From NCBI GenBank assembly GCA_042216675.1, contig JBDGTS010000054.1, forward strand, positions 1-32,057: 32,057 nt of DNA, read 5' to 3'. The position numbers and the translations under genes were made by a program. The notes under the pieces are model-generated. The model saw only the letters and a program-made list of their open reading frames with translations. It did not search any database and had not been told where the DNA came from. Numbering within the stretch: the first letter of the stretch is position 1; every line of letters begins with the position of its first letter. Positions 24,264 through 32,057 of the stretch are shown here, piece after piece. This DNA is from Halobacteriaceae archaeon (GTDB taxonomy: Archaea > Halobacteriota > Halobacteria > Halobacteriales > Halobacteriaceae).

Positions 24264-27200
24264 TCACTCCCCCCCATCGTCGGCCCAGAGCCGACTTGCC
24301 AGAGCGCTCCCACCCGCGGCTAGTGCGGAAAGTACGCCGAATCCATGAACGCCGCCGCTCGATTTTGAGGCTGCCTCGTCATTCCTCAACTGGTCGACCC
24401 CAGTTCCATCGGAACCAGTAGAGCCATCTGATTCCAGAGGGTCGGTTTGTCCTGTCGTCTCGACATCTATATCGCGCTTCGATCCGTTCTCAGCGTGTCC
24501 AATTCGGTTGGTCTGTGTGAAGGTAGTTCCGTCGGCAGTAACTGCGCTCACATCGAGCTGCGTTTCACTTTTACCCTCTTTTGCTACGAATCCGCCCCCT
24601 TCAATCGGTACACGTGTCGTCTCTCCAGGGGCCAACTCAACATTGGGAGTGATCTCTCGTACTTCGGCGGATGTCTCAACTGTTAGATCTGTGATTGTCC
24701 GGGATTCGAGACTCCGGTTTCGGAGTCGGACGTCGACGTAGTATTCATCGCCGGGAGTCAACGGTCCGTTTGGGCGAGTGATAGCGACATCGATTGCAGC
24801 GGTGGTGAAAGTACCTGAAAACTTCCCGAGGTCATTGAACGGGCGGGCCCATTCAGTCTGGACGCTATAGGTGATCGGCTCGTCTGTCTCGACACGGACC
24901 GGAACCTGGTAGGCAACAGATGATTCAGTATATACCTGATCTAAGGCGACGTCGTCCGGCTTCCAGACGTCAAACACCCCCTTTGCTACCTCTCCACCGG
25001 CTCGCGGTGCGTGTGGGGTCATAGCGACCTCAGCGATCCGACGCTCCCCTTGCAGAAGTCGGTTGATGTAGGTCAATTTGTCCATGATGGAGAGGAGAAA
25101 GCCGGGGCCACATGGAATGCCGGAGAGTTTCGAGCAGATTTTCCCTGGGAGTTTTAGTCCCTGGCGGAGCCGTTCGCTGATCTGCCGAGCTCGTTCGCTC
25201 GACGCCTCCGTCACAACGTGCCAGTCCTGTCGCAGCGCTTCTTCCGGCTGCTTTCGCATAGCTGCGTATAACGGGACGTTCATGTACCGGCGGAGGGGAT
25301 GGAGGAGTTCCGGAAGGGACTCACCACTGGTATCTGATGGTCCAATAGCAAGGACGTCAACGCCGCCAGTCCCGGTGGGATCTGCTGTCGTGTAAGCGCT
25401 ATCCTCGGCAACGGTAGCGTCGTCCTCGGGGAAGGCAAACAGAAAGTCTCCGCCAGCTGGCCCCCCACCTGGCACGGACGCTTCGGAGATTTTCCAAACG
25501 GCTTCGCCATCATACTCGTTGGTGTTTGTCACTTCGATATAGAACACGTGGAGGTCTTCTGAGAATAAGAATCGCCACACAGAGCCAGCGCCGAACTCCG
25601 ATCCATCCTCGGACCGGGCGACTTCTGGGCCAAATATCTGCTGTCGGTCAAGTGTGAGCGAGCCGTAGTCTGCCGGTGAGTCGAGTTCCTGGGGATCGTA
25701 GCGTTCGGTAGTGAACCAATCACCCCTACGGGCGGTCACCAACAGTTCGCGATCAGAGTCCGCAAACTCGGTTGGGAGTTCGAACACTCCCTCCTCGTCT
25801 GTTGTCACGGTTGTAACGTGGCGCTGGTTCGGGTCTTCACTTGGATCGTAGCTCGGCACATGGACGTTTGTGATGTAAGCGGAGACTTCTGCATCGCGGA
25901 CAGGGGTCCCCTCAATACTCTTGACGCGGTTCACCGCGGGTTCCGGTGTAACCTCGATTGTTGTAGTGGCTGTATCGACGACGGACCCGTCACGTACTGC
26001 ATCGAATGCAACGGAGTAGGTCCCCGTCTCCACGTCCTCTCCGAGCGAGAGTGTCACTGATGGCTGACGGGTGTCTCCAGGGCTAATATCGGTCGCATCG
26101 CTCCCGGCAATGTCGTCATCCCACTGCCAGCCATTGTCTTGCCAATTGCCACCGTCGTCAGTGTGACCGGCGATGGTGATACTGTCGTTCAACAAGTTTT
26201 CGGACGCTGCCCCTGGTCCAGTTACCGACTGAAGAGAGACACCGACCGCGCCCGGAGCAGTACCTACGTTCTCGACTGTGAGTGCGATGGTTACTGAACC
26301 ACCGGTGGAGACAGAAGTTGAGTTGGCCTGGGCTGCAAGCTCGAAAGACGGCGCCTCCGAGACACCAGGTGGAGGATTGCCTGCAGCTTCGAAATGGTGG
26401 CCCAAGGTCCCGAGGTTGACGCGTGAGCCGGCACTGTGGCCGTTCTGTGGGTCGGCAACGATTGTGGGTGATGAGCGGACATAATTAGCGGTGAAATGCC
26501 AGCGTTCGGTACCGTCCGCCACATCCAGCGCATACACGTTGTCATCCATTGCGCCGATGTAGACCGTATCGTCGAGGACCGTTGGACAAGTTCTCACGCG
26601 GTTGCCAGTCTTGAATCGCCACTTCTCGGTGCCATCGTCAGCGTTGATGGCGTACACCCGGCCGTCGCTCATGTCCGTTCCAACGAAAACTGTCCCTCCG
26701 GCGACCGTGGGTGACGAACGGATTTCGGCCTCGGTTTCGAAGCGCCACTGTTTGGTGCCATCGGCTACGTCGATCGCGTAGACGTTACTGTCGTCTCGCC
26801 CAACGTACACCGTTCCATCGACGACTGTCGGCGATGACCGCACGGAATGGCTGAACGACGTCGAGCTAAAGGTGAAACGCCACTGCTCGGTGCCATCCGC
26901 CGCATTAATTGCATAGAGATTGCCGTCGTCGCTTCCCACATAGACAGTTCCCCCGACAACTGTCGGTGAAGTAGTAACCAAGTTACCCGTGCCAAAGCGC
27001 CACTGCTCGGTGCCATCCGCCGCATCAAGCGCGTAGATATTTCCGTCGTTACATCCGACGTAGACGGTCCCATTAGTCACTGCAGGCGCTGCCGGGAACC
27101 CTTCACTAGCGGTAAATCGCCATTTCTCGCTCCCATCAGCGGCGTCTAAAGCAAGAAACAGATTGCCGCTGTTGCCCACATAGACAGTGTGGTTGACGAC

Positions 27201-27599
27201 GGTGGGTGAGGCCTCAACGAAGTATCCGTCAGCATCGGAGCGCCACTGCTCTGTGCCGTCGGCCGCGTCTAATGCGAACACGGCTGCCGAGTCACTACCG
27301 ACGTAGACCGTTCCCTCGACCACTGTCGGCGATGACTTTACCCGCCCACCGGTGTCGAAGCGCCACCGCTCAGTACCGGTTGCCGCGTCAAGTGCATGGA
27401 CAGTGCGGCTACTGCTACCGACGTAGACTGTCTGGCCCGCCGCAGCCTCCGAAGCACCTGCTGACTGTGCAGCCATCCCGACGCCACCCAGTACGCCGAA
27501 TCCTGCAGTTCTCAGGAATCGCCGACGATTAAATACACCACCACATTCACCAGTATTCTCTGTCAGATCGGTTTGTGGTTCCTCTCCGTCACTCGCCAT
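24264..27599 (-). CDS. Large Tat-secreted surface protein with PQQ-type beta-propeller repeats, Ig-like domains and a PGF-CTERM-like tail
   Basis: NRRRFLR Tat motif; about eight ~40-aa repeats WRF.T...V.SSPTV..GTVYVG..D..VYA.DA.DGTE; Ig-like segments; C-terminal Ser/Gly linker followed by VHGFGVLSALAAGGSALASRL. Confidence 0.88.
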   Translation of the reverse strand: MASDGEEPQTDLTENTGECGGVFNRRRFLRTAGFGVLGGVGMAAQSAGASEAAAGQTVYVGSSSRTVHALDAATGTERWRFDTGGRVKSSPTVVEGTVYVGSDSAAVFALDAADGTEQWRSDADGYFVEASPTVVNHTVYVGNSGNLFLALDAADGSEKWRFTASEGFPAAPAVTNGTVYVGCNDGNIYALDAADGTEQWRFGTGNLVTTSPTVVGGTVYVGSDDGNLYAINAADGTEQWRFTFSSTSFSHSVRSSPTVVDGTVYVGRDDSNVYAIDVADGTKQWRFETEAEIRSSPTVAGGTVFVGTDMSDGRVYAINADDGTEKWRFKTGNRVRTCPTVLDDTVYIGAMDDNVYALDVADGTERWHFTANYVRSSPTIVADPQNGHSAGSRVNLGTLGHHFEAAGNPPPGVSEAPSFELAAQANSTSVSTGGSVTIALTVENVGTAPGAVGVSLQSVTGPGAASENLLNDSITIAGHTDDGGNWQDNGWQWDDDIAGSDATDISPGDTRQPSVTLSLGEDVETGTYSVAFDAVRDGSVVDTATTTIEVTPEPAVNRVKSIEGTPVRDAEVSAYITNVHVPSYDPSEDPNQRHVTTVTTDEEGVFELPTEFADSDRELLVTARRGDWFTTERYDPQELDSPADYGSLTLDRQQIFGPEVARSEDGSEFGAGSVWRFLFSEDLHVFYIEVTNTNEYDGEAVWKISEASVPGGGPAGGDFLFAFPEDDATVAEDSAYTTADPTGTGGVDVLAIGPSDTSGESLPELLHPLRRYMNVPLYAAMRKQPEEALRQDWHVVTEASSERARQISERLRQGLKLPGKICSKLSGIPCGPGFLLSIMDKLTYINRLLQGERRIAEVAMTPHAPRAGGEVAKGVFDVWKPDDVALDQVYTESSVAYQVPVRVETDEPITYSVQTEWARPFNDLGKFSGTFTTAAIDVAITRPNGPLTPGDEYYVDVRLRNRSLESRTITDLTVETSAEVREITPNVELAPGETTRVPIEGGGFVAKEGKSETQLDVSAVTADGTTFTQTNRIGHAENGSKRDIDVETTGQTDPLESDGSTGSDGTGVDQLRNDEAASKSSGGVHGFGVLSALAAGGSALASRLWADDGGE

Positions 27600-27997
27600 T
27601 GGGAGTCACCGGGGAGCAACCGTAATACCATCGAGAAACCCCGCGACTGTGAGCCACTTCACACGTTCTAATAGACATCCAATAGTGGGACGGTTCATCT
27701 GTCGGACGGCAAAAATGCTTGGTTCAATAGAGAGATTTCTGTGCTTCGAGTTGTGCTCAATCCACTCTCTGGGACTCCCAGTGAGGGTTACAGAGAAGAC
27801 CCCTTACAGCTCGATGCCGTCGAAGGCTGTTGCCGGAGATTCGAGGGTGCGCCTACGAATACCCTATTACGTCTCGCTCGACTCCCCTCAGTAAACCGGA
27901 CGCCACCACCACCACCATTTCTTCAATCGACATTCTCCACGTCGATGAGTCGCCGGATCTCGCCGATATGGTCGCGCTCTGTATTCAGCGGGACTGC

Positions 27998-28025
27998 TGA
28001 AACCCATCACCGTTTGAGGGTTTCA
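27998..28025. repeat. 8-bp inverted repeat at the right edge of the AT-richer island, downstream of rpl10e
   Basis: TGAAACCC (27998-28005) and GGGTTTCA (28018-28025). Confidence 0.55.
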
Positions 28026-28038
28026 ACGAGGCCAAAAT

Positions 28039-28569
28039 CTACCGGTTCAGAAGGTCCTGCCCGCGGTCGACGTTGACGCGCATCGGCGGCGAGAGCTTGT
28101 TGTACGCGCGGCGGAAGGCCTCCTTGATGGCGTCGGCCTGTTCCACGTCACACCACGCGGTGAACAGCGGTTCGCCCGCGGTGACGCGAGCGGCGGTGCC
28201 CACGGGGGTGCCGAAGGCCTGCCGCATCCCGTCGGAGACACGGTCCGCGCCCGCGCCCGTCGCCTGCTTGTTCTCCCGCAGGACCTGGTGGGGGAAGCGG
28301 CGCAGGATCATCTTGTAGTTCCCCTCGCCGAGGACGTCGAGGAGGTGCCGGTTGGCGCTCAGGCGCGCCGACTCCAGCGCGGTGTGCCGGAGCTGGCACG
28401 TCTCCTCGGGGACGAGGCTGATCTGCACGGGGTATTCGTCTTGGTCTTTCTGCAGGTCGCCCATGTTGTGCTGGGCGATCTGCGAGCCGGGAATCCCGGT
28501 GATGTACTCCCGTCGCGTGTACGACGGCTTCGAGATGTCCCGGTACATCGAGGCTGGCTTCTCGGGCAT
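28039..28569 (-). CDS. rpl10e: 50S ribosomal protein L10e (uL16)
   Basis: KPASMYR...[54 protein letters not shown]. Confidence 0.97.
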   Translation of the reverse strand: MPEKPASMYRDISKPSYTRREYITGIPGSQIAQHNMGDLQKDQDEYPVQISLVPEETCQLRHTALESARLSANRHLLDVLGEGNYKMILRRFPHQVLRENKQATGAGADRVSDGMRQAFGTPVGTAARVTAGEPLFTAWCDVEQADAIKEAFRRAYNKLSPPMRVNVDRGQDLLNR

Positions 28570-28712
28570 AGTCGTTGGTGGATGGTGTCCGGGCGAGCGA
28601 ATAAAGCCTTCGAAGCCCGGTCCGCGGCGTGAGGCCCACTAGCGGCGTCGATGCCCGCAAACTCCCGCGATTCGCGCGCCGCTTTCGGCGACTGCTCGAA
28701 GAGCGGTGCTGG

Positions 28713-29063
28713 CTACCGTAGTTCCGCAACCAGCCCGCTCACGGCGTCGTCGACGAGCGACTCCTCGATACGACCCTGCCAGAAGTCGATGTCTTCTCGA
28801 CCGATCGACTGGACACCCCACGGAACGATCCGGCTCTCGTCCGGTGTCCCTCCCCGGACCCAACTCGTCTCCGGAACCTCGATCAGTCCATCCATCCACG
28901 ACTTCGTCGTCAACGTCAGCGCGATATACTGTTCGCCGTGGAACGGACGGCCGTCGTGGTTCGACAGAATCAGCCAGGGACGAGCGCTTTCCCCGCCCTT
29001 GAACGGGTCGTCACCGTAGACGACGTCTCCCCGTTCGAAGATTGGTGCCTCTTCGGCCGTCAC
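28713..29063 (-). CDS. PemK/MazF-like putative toxin
   Basis: FERGDVVYGDDPFKG...ARPWLILSN...IALTLTT matches the PemK fold signature. GTG at 29063 overlaps the upstream TGA. Confidence 0.72.
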   Translation of the reverse strand: MTAEEAPIFERGDVVYGDDPFKGGESARPWLILSNHDGRPFHGEQYIALTLTTKSWMDGLIEVPETSWVRGGTPDESRIVPWGVQSIGREDIDFWQGRIEESLVDDAVSGLVAELR

Positions 29064-29431
29064 TGTCCGTCCGTAACGCTCGGGTGTGGTTGCTCGGGCG
29101 CGTGTTCGCGCCACGCGTTCTCGTCCTCTTCGCCGAACTGCTCGTTGAACAGCGCAGTCGCCCGTTCGTAACTGCTGGACCGTTCGAGGCGCTCCTCGTC
29201 GTCGGTCACCGCCCAGTACGTCGCCTTGTGTTCGACGAGGGCACGGTCCTTCAACCGCGAGAGCGCCGTACTGACCGCCCCCTCGTCGACGCCGATTCGG
29301 GACGCGATTTCACGAGCCTCGAACGCTTGGTCCTCGTGGGCTACGAGGAAGCCGAGCACGTGGTCGGGAACGGAGAGTCCTTCGAGTTCTTCCTCGCTCG
29401 CGTTCTCGAAGGTTTCCCTGTCGATGGACAT
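29060..29431 (-). CDS. Winged-HTH protein, putative antitoxin
   Basis: VLGFL...AFEAREIASRIGVDEGAVSTALSRLKDRALVEHKATYWA HTH, acidic C-terminal tail; coupled to the PemK-like gene. Confidence 0.78.
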   Translation of the reverse strand: MSIDRETFENASEEELEGLSVPDHVLGFLVAHEDQAFEAREIASRIGVDEGAVSTALSRLKDRALVEHKATYWAVTDDEERLERSSSYERATALFNEQFGEEDENAWREHAPEQPHPSVTDGQ

Positions 29432-29555
29432 TCTCGTGCGGTCGTAGGTCGTCCACCGATAAGAGTGTTAGGCGTGAAAGCGCTGAAAATACCGTGAATA
29501 TCGGGGTGAGACTCGGCCGGCAAGGGTTAAACGGCGGCCGCCCCTACGAACTCGC

Positions 29556-30557
29556 GTGGCACGCCCGCTGCGATTCCGCTGCTCTCCCACCCCGTGGACG
29601 CTCGACGCGGTCCGCTCGGACCTCCTCGCCGACCTCGACGCCAACATCGGCGCCGAGATGCGCGGCCCGTGGTTCCGCCCGCCCGAGGGCTACGAGGCCC
29701 GCCGCTTCGAGATGGACAACGGCGACGTGGCCCTCTTCGCGTGGCGCGAGGGACGGGGCGGTGCCGTCCCCGACGACTGCGCCTACTGGATCGGCAACAC
29801 CGAGACGCCGAGTGCGCTCTGGCGCACCGAGAAGTACGGCTTCGACGCCGTGCCCTACGCCGTCGAGCGGTGGGCACAGCGCGAACTCCTCGCACAACTC
29901 CACGAGGAGTCCCCGTGGCTGGCCGACTATCCGCACCTCTCGTGGTTCTTCCTGCCCGTGTTGCTCTCGAAGGACGGCCGCGAGAGCACCCGCGAGTTCC
30001 TCCGGGACCACGCCGCCGGCTTTCCGGACGCCGACGGCGAGACCGCACTCGACTTCTACGAGGGCTTTCTCTCCTCGGGCGTCCTCGACGACCACCGGCA
30101 CGTGATGGCCGGCAAACTCGGCACCTCCGACCACGTCGACCACGTGCGGATGAGCGCCGCGATGGGCGAGTTCAACGTCGCCAAACTCCTCCACGACGCC
30201 GGCTACGACGTGACGCCCGAAATCGAGATGGAGAGCGGCCACGCCCTCGACTTCCGCGCCGACGGCGCACTCGTCGAGGTGACCCGACCGCTCCCCGTCG
30301 CCCACCGCTCTGCGGGAACACCCGCGGCGGCCATCCGGGACACCGTCGCCACCAAGACGGACGGGCAACTCCGCGAACACCCCGACGCGATGCTCGTCGT
30401 GGACTGTTCGAGTTTTCCGGACGACGCGTGGTATCGGGTCCGCGACGCGCGGCCCGACGTGGGCCACGAACCGGCCGCAGTCGTCCGCTTGCGGCCCGAC
30501 GGCCGCGTCGAGGGCTACACCGCCGGCGACCCACCGGTGACGCTCGACCTGCCGTAG
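29556..30557 (+). CDS. Conserved haloarchaeal protein (DUF5784-like), possible PD-(D/E)XK-like fold
   Basis: 333 aa, acidic composition; MARPLRFR, RRFEMDNGD.ALF, YWIGNTETP..LWRT, C-terminal E...DF...VEVTRP. Confidence 0.75.
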   Translation: MARPLRFRCSPTPWTLDAVRSDLLADLDANIGAEMRGPWFRPPEGYEARRFEMDNGDVALFAWREGRGGAVPDDCAYWIGNTETPSALWRTEKYGFDAVPYAVERWAQRELLAQLHEESPWLADYPHLSWFFLPVLLSKDGRESTREFLRDHAAGFPDADGETALDFYEGFLSSGVLDDHRHVMAGKLGTSDHVDHVRMSAAMGEFNVAKLLHDAGYDVTPEIEMESGHALDFRADGALVEVTRPLPVAHRSAGTPAAAIRDTVATKTDGQLREHPDAMLVVDCSSFPDDAWYRVRDARPDVGHEPAAVVRLRPDGRVEGYTAGDPPVTLDLP

Positions 30558-30599
30558 GGTTTTATCGGCCCCCGTCCCGTCGTCCCCGACAACGCGGCC

Positions 30600-32057
30600 A
30601 TGTCAGGCGACGCCAACGGCGACGACCGCTCCATCCGCGTCGGCGAGACGACCGACGGCGACCCCGTGTCGCTGCCGGTCGAACAGGTGCTGACCGGGCG
30701 GGCGTTCGTCACCGGCAAGTCGGGGTCGGGGAAGAGCAACACCGCGAGCGTCGTGGTCGAGGAACTCTTAGAGGCCGGCTTTCCGGTTCTCATCGTGGAC
30801 ACGGACGGCGAGTACTACGGGCTGAAGGAGACGTACGAACTGCTCCACGTCGGCGCCGACGAGGAGTGTGACCTGCAGGTCGGGCCCGAACACGCGACGA
30901 AACTCGCGGACCTCGCCCTCGAACAGAACGTCCCCATCATCCTCGACGTGTCGGGCTTCCTCGACACGGACGCGGCCGACGAACTCATCCGCGAGACGGC
31001 CCGCCACCTGTTCGCCCGCGAGAAGAAACTCAAGAAACCGTTCCTCCTCGTCGTCGAGGAAGTCCACGAGTACATCCCCGAAGGTGCTGGGATGGGCGAC
31101 ACGGGCCAGATGCTCATCAAAATCGGGAAGCGCGGCCGCAAGCACGGCCTCGGCCTGTTGGGTATCAGTCAGCGACCCGCGGACGTGAAAAAGGACTTCA
31201 TCACCCAAGCGAACTGGCTGGTCTGGCACCGCCTCACGTGGGACAACGACACCCGCGTCGTCTCGCGCATCGTCGGCAGCGAGTACGGCGAGGCGGTGCC
31301 CGAACTCGGCGACGGGCAGGCGTTCGTCCAGACGGACTGGACGGACGACGCCGTGCGCACGGTGCAGTTCCGCCGCAAGCGCACGTTCGACGCGGGGGCC
31401 ACCCCCGGACTGGAGGACGTCGAGCGCCCGGACCTCAAATCGGTCAGCGACGACCTGACGGCGGACCTCGCGGACATCACCGAGGAGGAGGAACGCCGCG
31501 AAGACCGCATCGAGGAACTGGAGGCCGAACTCGACCGCAAGCAGGAGCGCATCGACGAACTCGAAGCGGAACTCGAACGCGCCCGCGACGTGTCTCACGC
31601 CGCCGAGCGCATCGCGGACACGATCGCCACTGCCGGCGGCGGTGGTGACGGCGACGGTGGCACGGGCGCGGCCATCAAGCGCGAGACGGTGGACCGCCTC
31701 CAGCGAGAGCGCGACGAACTCGAACGGAAACTCGACCGCGCGGAGCGCACCATCGCGCGCCTCGAAGGGGGCGACGACGCCGAGACGGAGACGCCTGTGA
31801 CGCCGACGACGGCGGTGGACGCCGCGACCGACGCCGACGAGGACGACGAGGCACAGACGACGCTCGAAGACGCCGCACCTGCCGACGACGAGGCCGACGC
31901 GGACCCGGCCGACGCCGCGGCCGACGGCGGCGCGACGACTGAGGCCGAGGCGACGACACAGGCCGCCGACGCCGACACCGAGACGGCATGCGACCCCGAG
32001 GACGAGGACGAGGACGCCGTCGTCGCCGCGTTCCGCGACCAGCTCCAGCGCACCGGC
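30600..32057 (+). CDS. HerA/DUF87-like ATPase with coiled coil and acidic low-complexity region; runs off the window
   Basis: Not in the ORF track because there is no stop. From ATG 30600: VLTGRAFVTGKSGSGKS Walker A, IVDTDGEY, LVVEEVHEYIP Walker B, KRGRKHG...SQRPADV, then heptad-like EELEAELDRKQERIDELEAEL and a D/E/A-rich tract. Confidence 0.9.
   Translation, partial: MSGDANGDDRSIRVGETTDGDPVSLPVEQVLTGRAFVTGKSGSGKSNTASVVVEELLEAGFPVLIVDTDGEYYGLKETYELLHVGADEECDLQVGPEHATKLADLALEQNVPIILDVSGFLDTDAADELIRETARHLFAREKKLKKPFLLVVEEVHEYIPEGAGMGDTGQMLIKIGKRGRKHGLGLLGISQRPADVKKDFITQANWLVWHRLTWDNDTRVVSRIVGSEYGEAVPELGDGQAFVQTDWTDDAVRTVQFRRKRTFDAGATPGLEDVERPDLKSVSDDLTADLADITEEEERREDRIEELEAELDRKQERIDELEAELERARDVSHAAERIADTIATAGGGGDGDGGTGAAIKRETVDRLQRERDELERKLDRAERTIARLEGGDDAETETPVTPTTAVDAATDADEDDEAQTTLEDAAPADDEADADPADAAADGGATTEAEATTQAADADTETACDPEDEDEDAVVAAFRDQLQRTG

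Noticed and set aside
26450-27440. ~120-nt imperfect DNA repeats such as CGCCACTGCTCGGTGCCATCCGCCGCAT
   Set aside because: Coding repeats of the beta-propeller blades, not an array or mobile element.
27600-27997. Short ORFs between the surface protein gene and rpl10e
   Set aside because: No recognisable motifs and non-halophilic composition; probably promoter or decayed DNA, left unassigned.
30768-32053. Minus-strand ORFs 30768-31598 and 31595-32053
   Set aside because: Antisense shadows of the plus-strand HerA-like ATPase.

Overview
High-GC haloarchaeal (Halobacteria) chromosomal window. Left end: core RNA polymerase genes rpoH-rpoB''-rpoB' (minus strand; rpoB' runs off the edge) and a divergent tRNA-Asp(GTC) followed by two tandem palindromic units that each repeat the tRNA 3' end. 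Next is a co-oriented light-response cluster (Bat-type LOV/GAF/HTH activator, DTD-motif proton-pumping rhodopsin, lycopene cyclase) that has no brp/blh and continues through overlapping codons into a sodium:solute symporter and a small membrane peptide. The rest is a housekeeping backbone: class V aminotransferase, SDR/HTH pair, Tat lipoprotein, archaeosortase A, HerA-like ATPase, pilin-like protein, pcm, Zn-finger protein, aminopeptidase, hsp20, RimK-like ligase, rpl10e. It is interrupted by a small islet (RNase J fragment, ABM, DUF5786-like, non-catalytic TFS paralogue, macrodomain) and by an AT-richer island (decayed IS5-family transposase plus a 1111-aa Tat/beta-propeller surface protein). 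The window ends with an HTH/PemK-like toxin-antitoxin pair, a DUF5784-like gene and a second HerA-like ATPase running off the right edge. Several short gene remnants (PiT, histidine kinase, RNase J, IS5) lie between genes. All family calls come from motif recognition by eye; no searches were run.
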